A stretch of DNA of 63,800 bases, the filler included, from an uncultured Methanosarcinales archaeon (lineage in GTDB: Archaea; Nanobdellota; Nanobdellia; Woesearchaeales; CAZKBD01): NCBI GenBank assembly GCA_964550945.1. It is 3 parts of 3 records of this genome, joined end to end, with 100 filler letters (N's around TTAATTAATTAA, not from the genome) between each part and the next. Parts side by side here need not be neighbours in the genome. Positions count along the whole stretch, not along the records: positions 53,687 to 63,800 come from CAZKBD010000067.1; 2 more parts are not named here. The stretch is one strand, 5' to 3'. The notes under the pieces were generated by a model. The model worked only from the letters and a program-made list of their open reading frames with translations, made no database searches and had not been told where the DNA came from. The position numbers and the translations under genes are program-made. Shown here in pieces: positions 58,106 through 63,800 of the stretch; positions within the stretch are counted from its first letter, which is position 1, and each line of letters opens with the position of its first letter.

Positions 58106-58641
58106 ATACCCTCAAACATTTTATTTCTGATGCCCATTAAGATAAAAACAAAAACCCCCAAAATCAGGAGAATAGTAATTAAAAACTGAGCAGGCAAACG
58201 TTCCTGTTCTGGTGATAAAATCTTAGGCGATAAGTTTGCATTTGGGATTGTATCTTGATTTGTTTTGAAGTTGACATCAATATTTTGGAAACTGCCCCCG
58301 TGCCACTTAATATCGGGGTAGGATGTAAGATTATTAACCATAAAAGAAATGCTCTCATCCTCATTAGCTCCTTCGTCATTTCCTGTATCAGGGTTATCGC
58401 CTCTACATGATATTATATATTCGCCGTTTTTCTCTGTAATAAACATCCCGCATAGCACCCTATTCTTGTCGTAAACAGCTATCTCTGTACCAGCAGGCGC
58501 ATGCTCCCCATCTATTGTGAGTTTCCCATAAAATTGAGATGGCAGCAGAGAAAATGCAACAGCACTATAGCACAAAATGTTTATGAAAAATAACAATATC
58601 CCTATTTTAATCATTATTTTATATTTCATGTTACCCACCAA
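58102..58641 (-). CDS. Exported protein paralogous to the N-domain of 55619-58105, with C-terminal TM
   Basis: P.QFYG...LCG...GEY..SCRGDNPDT..DEGA matches P.EFYG...LCG...GYY..SCNGDDTET..DEGA. Confidence 0.75.
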   Translation of the reverse strand: MVGNMKYKIMIKIGILLFFINILCYSAVAFSLLPSQFYGKLTIDGEHAPAGTEIAVYDKNRVLCGMFITEKNGEYIISCRGDNPDTGNDEGANEDESISFMVNNLTSYPDIKWHGGSFQNIDVNFKTNQDTIPNANLSPKILSPEQERLPAQFLITILLILGVFVFILMGIRNKMFEGI

Positions 58642-59315
58642 GTATCATCTTCAGTCATATTAATCCAATAACCTCTATTTGGGCTTATTTGGCCTAAAGT
58701 TCCACTGCCAAGAGAGGGGTTATAGTAGTAATATGTGCTCTCAGAGGTGTTATACGCCCATACTATGCTATAACTTCCGCTTATTGAAGAGAAAGCATCA
58801 GCAGGGGTTTTGGCAGTGCTCGCAGGATAACCAACCAGATTCCATCCATTTTCTAAACTTACTGAGGTTGGCACACTTACCGTGCCATTCACAACCAGAA
58901 TATCTTGGCCAGTAACCTTAATCCAATATCCCTTTTTTTCGCTTATAGAATCAAGATCCTGAACAACCCATGAAGGCATGCTAGGATCGTAAGCTTTCCA
59001 ATAGTCCAATTCAACTGACGCATTGTACGTATGGATTGAACTGTAATTCCCGCTAATAGAAGCAAGAACAAAATCTACCGAAGTATTTTGAGGCACACAA
59101 GATGTTGATACAAGATTCCACCCTTCTGCTAAATCTATGCTGCATGTTTGATTAGAAGCCAAGCTTCTTACAAAAACCTTAGAAACAACTGCGCCAAGGA
59201 TTGATGGTTTTCCAACCATCTTCTCCAATGGAATGATAAATAATAATATTATAATCGCTATTAAGATAATTATTAATAATGTTCTGCTGGATATTTGCCT
59301 ATATTTCAGTTTCAT
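58626..59315 (-). CDS. Exported protein with two LxxGWNLV repeats
   Basis: LAEGWNLVS / LENGWNLVG, each followed by GYWI. Confidence 0.75.
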   Translation of the reverse strand: MKLKYRQISSRTLLIIILIAIIILLFIIPLEKMVGKPSILGAVVSKVFVRSLASNQTCSIDLAEGWNLVSTSCVPQNTSVDFVLASISGNYSSIHTYNASVELDYWKAYDPSMPSWVVQDLDSISEKKGYWIKVTGQDILVVNGTVSVPTSVSLENGWNLVGYPASTAKTPADAFSSISGSYSIVWAYNTSESTYYYYNPSLGSGTLGQISPNRGYWINMTEDDTWWVT

Positions 59316-62300
59316 TGAAAATCCCTTTGGTAAGATTCAAACATAAGGAAAGGCAATCATTATCATTACAATCAGTTAAATCATCGCAATCATCATCTAT
59401 TCCATCATCACAAACAGATTCATTTTGGCTTGTTGGAAAAAAGAGCTTAGCTTCTTTGTAACAAAGCTCGCACATATCCCCTTTTTTATCACCGTCATAA
59501 TTTTCTTGCAAAGGATTGAAAATATCAGGGCAATTATCATTATAATCGCATATTTTATCTTCATCAGTATTGGTGCAACATACATCCCCAGCATCATCCC
59601 AAGAACACTTGCCTAAGCTGCAATAGTCATTAATACAGTTGTTGGCATTATAACCATAATCCTCGCACACATACAACAATGAACAAGGAGAGCAGATACC
59701 ATATCCAAAAAAAAGCTCTTCAAAGAAACAGCCTTGTTTCAAACTACTGCATTGTTGCTCTCCGCAAAGATTAAATAAGCCATGCCCGCAATCTGAGCAG
59801 TAATGCCATACACAGTCTTTCTCATCAACAACACCATTATCATTATCATCTAGTTTATTACCGCAAAGCTCTATACCACATTTATCATCTACGCCGTTGT
59901 TATTAACATCCTTTGAATAAGTATCATCACAAACACATTCATTGCATTTCCCGCTAGAACACCCTGCATAATAGTCGTCTGGATAGGCAACATAGTTGTT
60001 GTTCAAACAATTATCTTTAAGGTTGTCCTGGCAGTCGCAGTAACAGTCATCAATTAACATATCTGATCCAATGCCATTATCAAAGAAGTTGCAATTATTG
60101 CATATATCTACTTGCTTGTATAGCTTGCCCTCTCTGCATATTGCTCCTCTGCTTATGGTCCCATTCTCACACGCCTCATTACAATTAGGTGCATTATCGC
60201 CGCAATGCTCACAACTATCACAATATAACCCATCACTGCGCTCTGACCACCTGTCTATACCACAATCACAATTATTGCAATATTCCTCAATATCATACCT
60301 TTGGTTTGCATAATCGCAGCCAGCCGAATGCCTGCAAATGCCGCTGCCATCACAAACTTCACCTGCTTCAACAATACCATTGCCGCATTCACTTTTCTCA
60401 GGCGGCTCAGTAAGATTTGGAGGTATAGTCCTGTATATTCTGCGTGTTTCCTTCTTAGCAGTCTGTACAGTATCTTTTGAATGAGCTTCCTTTTTAACTA
60501 TAAATTCTGCAATGCCGCTATCTACCCTAACATCACATCCAGTTACATAAGTCCTAACAACATATTTATAAGTCCCTGAATCCATAGATTCTGTTACTGT
60601 CCCAGTTACAGCATAGATTCCTTCATCGCCAGTAGAGTAAGCAGTTGATCCAATCACCTCATTATCCTTAAGAATATCCAAGTAAAATTTAATACTGGGC
60701 ATTATTTTATTGTGTAGATTATAGGCTGTTATTTTAGCTGCAAACTCATTACCTATGTAATATTGCTGCTTGTTAAAATTGATGTCTACTCTGGAAGGGC
60801 AGTCCTCTGAAATGTTTTCAGAAAGATCATTTTTAGTCGTTATTACAGATTTATAACATTTGCAATCAGTCAGATTGCAAAATTCGCCTTTTCTGCAGCC
60901 AGCATCATCAAAGCCACATTCAGCGCCGCATTCTCCTTTTACACATTGATAGGTAAATAAATCATTAATGCATCCGCAAGCATTATTGCAATCTCCAAAC
61001 TTATCCCTTACGCTTAATTTTGTGCCTAAACAGCTGATAGTTGTTTGGTTGCAGTATATATTGTTTGTATAATTTGGTGGCTCGCATTGCTCTTTATCCT
61101 CTAATAGGCTATTTCCACATGACTCGCATATGCTGCATTTGCCATTTGTAACGCAGCTAGTTTCAAATTCGCAGCACGCTACTGTTCCATCTTTTCCTCC
61201 AATATAATATTCATCTTTATCATCTCCACAGCACTCCTGCTCATTAGGAATCCAATCAAAACTGCATTTCATGCAGTAATACTCATTGCTATCTAGCTGG
61301 TACCACTCGCTGTTGTCGCAATAATAAGAGCCTTGGAGTAAGCTATCAGGATCAGAGAAGAAATAACAACCTTTATCAGATCCATTCCCGTTTTTGGGTA
61401 AACTGCATTTAGATTTATCATCAACACAATAATACTCCCCGGTATGGATTGCGCTGGTTGTATTATGGAACACAAATTCATTATAATAAATTCCCTCGTT
61501 TTTATCATCACCGCAACATATCCCTCCTGTCCAAGCTTTTTTTCCCATGCATTCTTTGCAATAGTTCTCATCTAAATCTATCCAGCTATTTGTGGTCCCA
61601 TCACAATAAGCATATCTGCTAGCATTTTTATCTGCTAGCTCAGCGCATCCACTTGGATAACATCTTCCTTTGTAAACACATCTATTTGCTTCGCAGCAGC
61701 TAAGATCATTTTCACCACAAAACCACCCATTGCACTTGATAAGCTGTTCACTTTCTTCATCTCCACAGCAAAACGCATTTTTTTTATCGTAAGTTTTATT
61801 ATCATAACTGTTTACACCATGAGCGCATTCACTTTTGTTGCAGTCAAACCAATAAAAACCAGCCTTAGTGCAGCTTTCATTACTCTGGTCTGGATCCATC
61901 CAAAGAGTTTCATTATAATATGTAAGGCACACTTTTTTTTGCCCATTCCCTTCCACATCATCTACATCAAACAAGCTATAGCATTTATTGTTGTTAACAC
62001 AATTATTTGGCCCGCAACACGCCATGTCATTTTTATCGCTTTTGCAGCTGTCTGCCAAACACTCTTTGGCTGCTACTTTGCTTATGCCCGCTATATAATC
62101 CTCTTTTCTATTGCATGGCGGCCCGCACCAATGTTTAGTTATACTCTTTTTATCAGATTCATATGTGATCAAGCAGCAATCGTAACATGCCCCGTCATCA
62201 ACATCCCCTAATCTAGCATCCATTCCTCTTATATTTTTTTCAACTTTGAGATTGCTGCAAAAATCTGGTGGGTCCTCCAATAAATCACATATAAGGGAGG

Positions 62301-62718
62301 ATAATATCATACCAGAACAAGCTCCAATACCATCAATTATGTTTCTCTGATCACTATCTGTTCCCTTCAGCACAACAAATGGGGAACCTATATTTTCCTT
62401 AAATATATCTATCCCCTTATCAGCACCCTTTCTTAATATCAAACGATTGCCAAATTTTTTACTGATATCATTTAAAATATGCGGACATGAATGATTATCA
62501 ATATATGTATCTAATATTAGTTGATTATACTCCTGTTCCTCGATGTTTCCCAATTGTACAATTCCATGTTCTCTAAATGACTCCTCAACTTCATCAATTA
62601 GGGTTTGGTTCTCTATCCGGTTTACCCTATTTTCTTTAAGCACCATGCTTATTATTAAAAAAGCTACAAGAAACACACAAAAAATGCAAAATATTACTAT
62701 CGTTCTTTTTTTAGCCAT
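59299..62718 (-). CDS. Large Cys-rich membrane-anchored surface protein
   Basis: N-terminal TM; CCGD(D/E), CGN and thrombospondin-3-like DNCPDIFNPLQENYDGDKKGDMC repeats. Confidence 0.8.
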   Translation of the reverse strand: MAKKRTIVIFCIFCVFLVAFLIISMVLKENRVNRIENQTLIDEVEESFREHGIVQLGNIEEQEYNQLILDTYIDNHSCPHILNDISKKFGNRLILRKGADKGIDIFKENIGSPFVVLKGTDSDQRNIIDGIGACSGMILSSLICDLLEDPPDFCSNLKVEKNIRGMDARLGDVDDGACYDCCLITYESDKKSITKHWCGPPCNRKEDYIAGISKVAAKECLADSCKSDKNDMACCGPNNCVNNNKCYSLFDVDDVEGNGQKKVCLTYYNETLWMDPDQSNESCTKAGFYWFDCNKSECAHGVNSYDNKTYDKKNAFCCGDEESEQLIKCNGWFCGENDLSCCEANRCVYKGRCYPSGCAELADKNASRYAYCDGTTNSWIDLDENYCKECMGKKAWTGGICCGDDKNEGIYYNEFVFHNTTSAIHTGEYYCVDDKSKCSLPKNGNGSDKGCYFFSDPDSLLQGSYYCDNSEWYQLDSNEYYCMKCSFDWIPNEQECCGDDKDEYYIGGKDGTVACCEFETSCVTNGKCSICESCGNSLLEDKEQCEPPNYTNNIYCNQTTISCLGTKLSVRDKFGDCNNACGCINDLFTYQCVKGECGAECGFDDAGCRKGEFCNLTDCKCYKSVITTKNDLSENISEDCPSRVDINFNKQQYYIGNEFAAKITAYNLHNKIMPSIKFYLDILKDNEVIGSTAYSTGDEGIYAVTGTVTESMDSGTYKYVVRTYVTGCDVRVDSGIAEFIVKKEAHSKDTVQTAKKETRRIYRTIPPNLTEPPEKSECGNGIVEAGEVCDGSGICRHSAGCDYANQRYDIEEYCNNCDCGIDRWSERSDGLYCDSCEHCGDNAPNCNEACENGTISRGAICREGKLYKQVDICNNCNFFDNGIGSDMLIDDCYCDCQDNLKDNCLNNNYVAYPDDYYAGCSSGKCNECVCDDTYSKDVNNNGVDDKCGIELCGNKLDDNDNGVVDEKDCVWHYCSDCGHGLFNLCGEQQCSSLKQGCFFEELFFGYGICSPCSLLYVCEDYGYNANNCINDYCSLGKCSWDDAGDVCCTNTDEDKICDYNDNCPDIFNPLQENYDGDKKGDMCELCYKEAKLFFPTSQNESVCDDGIDDDCDDLTDCNDNDCLSLCLNLTKGIFNETEI

Positions 62719-63447
62719 TCAAATCAGCTCCACATAAAAGTAATAGGCAGTTGAGCTTGCCCAGCCGTCTAGCCCATTCTCAGGCACTATCATCTGGAAA
62801 TCATAAGTTTGGCTGGGTGTATAGCCCATTGTATCATTTTCAAGCAGAGTAGTATAAACCATGTATCCTCCATCATGCAATAGCATCTCCTCAAAGTCTG
62901 AACTTTGGTTGGTATTATTTTTGTATGTATGCAAAGAAGAACATCCGTTAGCAGCTATCTGTACAGTGCCAACATAAAATGAAGCATGTTCCTGCTCATT
63001 GAATGTCGCTGAAATATTATCGCTGGGGTTAGATGTGTGATTTATTGCCTTTTCCTCTGCTGTAGTATTAACTGGTGTTGAACAATTTATGTTAGCCCAA
63101 CTAATGGAATTAGGCGTCCTTGTAGCATAAACCTCCCCAGTGAATTCGCTAATTGACCAATCAAATATTGTGTAGCCATTAGCATCATCTAAACTAAGTG
63201 AGCCCGTGACATTTCCAACATAAGCCTTCCACCTTAAATCCTGCGTTGTTGCGTTTAGAACCATTGTTGTTATTGAGCCGCCAGTTGTATTAATCATGCC
63301 TGCGCTTTGGAGAGCGGCCGTTTCATTTTTAATGTAAGTTATATTAGGCCCTATGGGTGCTGCAGCTATTATTATCGTATTAGCTAAAGCTATTGCTATT
63401 AAAATCAGCAAAAGTGCTGTCTTAAGCTTGTTATGGTGATATTCCAT
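62719..63447 (-). CDS. Secreted beta-rich putative cell-surface glycoprotein
   Basis: Signal peptide, many NxS/T sequons, WKAYVGNVTG, C-terminal YYFYVEL. Confidence 0.65.
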   Translation of the reverse strand: MEYHHNKLKTALLLILIAIALANTIIIAAAPIGPNITYIKNETAALQSAGMINTTGGSITTMVLNATTQDLRWKAYVGNVTGSLSLDDANGYTIFDWSISEFTGEVYATRTPNSISWANINCSTPVNTTAEEKAINHTSNPSDNISATFNEQEHASFYVGTVQIAANGCSSLHTYKNNTNQSSDFEEMLLHDGGYMVYTTLLENDTMGYTPSQTYDFQMIVPENGLDGWASSTAYYFYVELI

Positions 63448-63800
63448 TAGCTCTCATAGCCCTCCTCTTTTTTTTGGCTCTATGGTATACAGTCCAAATT
63501 GTCCTGTCATCCCTATTAAGCAAAGATGCTATTTGGCAATATCTGAACTGCAGCTCGTCTCTTAGGTATTCTGCAATAGCCTCCAAAACACCTAACGATC
63601 TATCTTTAAACAGAGAAGATGGAATAAAGAAAGCAGCATTTTCAATTGCAAATCTGCTTTGCATTTTTCTTTTAGAGCTGTGATAACTTCCCCATATTGT
63701 GCGTTCATCCCTGTTTAAGAAAAAAGCTATATCCCTATATCTAAGGTCAAGATCTTCTTTCATGTATTTTGTAATTGCCTCTAAAGCGCTAAGCCCGCTA
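63431..63800 (-). CDS. Tandem-HTH DNA-binding protein (5' end beyond the window)
   Basis: Repeated LRYxxIAxxLNRDxRTIW. Confidence 0.7.
   Translation of the reverse strand, partial: SGLSALEAITKYMKEDLDLRYRDIAFFLNRDERTIWGSYHSSKRKMQSRFAIENAAFFIPSSLFKDRSLGVLEAIAEYLRDELQFRYCQIASLLNRDDRTIWTVYHRAKKKRRAMRANGISP

Noticed and set aside
101..63683. Many short antisense or alternate-frame ORFs in the track (e.g. 11382-11834, 18911-19381, 29428-29817, 61819-62211)
   Set aside because: Shadows of well-supported genes with no motifs of their own

Overview
AT-rich archaeal DNA, shown by ribosomal protein L10e, archaeal-type Cmk, TATA-box promoters, Lrp/AsnC regulators and HEPN-MNT pairs. By gene style it is probably a DPANN (Woesearchaeota-like) genome bin; the taxonomy is inference. 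Three contigs are joined by artificial N44-TTAATTAATTAA-N44 linkers at 27455-27554 and 53587-53686. Contig 1 has housekeeping genes, several toxin-antitoxin modules, a large surface metalloprotease gene split by one in-frame TAG, nested palindromic repeats, and a dispersed argF/argJB/argDC set whose three promoters share a palindrome exactly 51 bp before the TATA box. Contig 2 has the main finding, a minus-strand ubiquitin-like conjugation cluster: a Ubl precursor (LSDY...GGG plus tail), an E2-like protein (HPFVxxxGxIC), a JAB protease, an E1 with tandem inactive and active adenylation domains, and a second JAB. Around it lie a transglutaminase-like gene, an Lrp regulator, a zincin, a GG-less Ubl paralogue broken by an IS630 element and a PP2C-TPR phosphatase; three promoters in this region share one operator-like motif. 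Contig 3 is a cluster of Cys-rich and cadherin-like surface-protein genes. No rRNA, tRNA or CRISPR array was recognised. All calls come from motif reading by eye; no searches were run.
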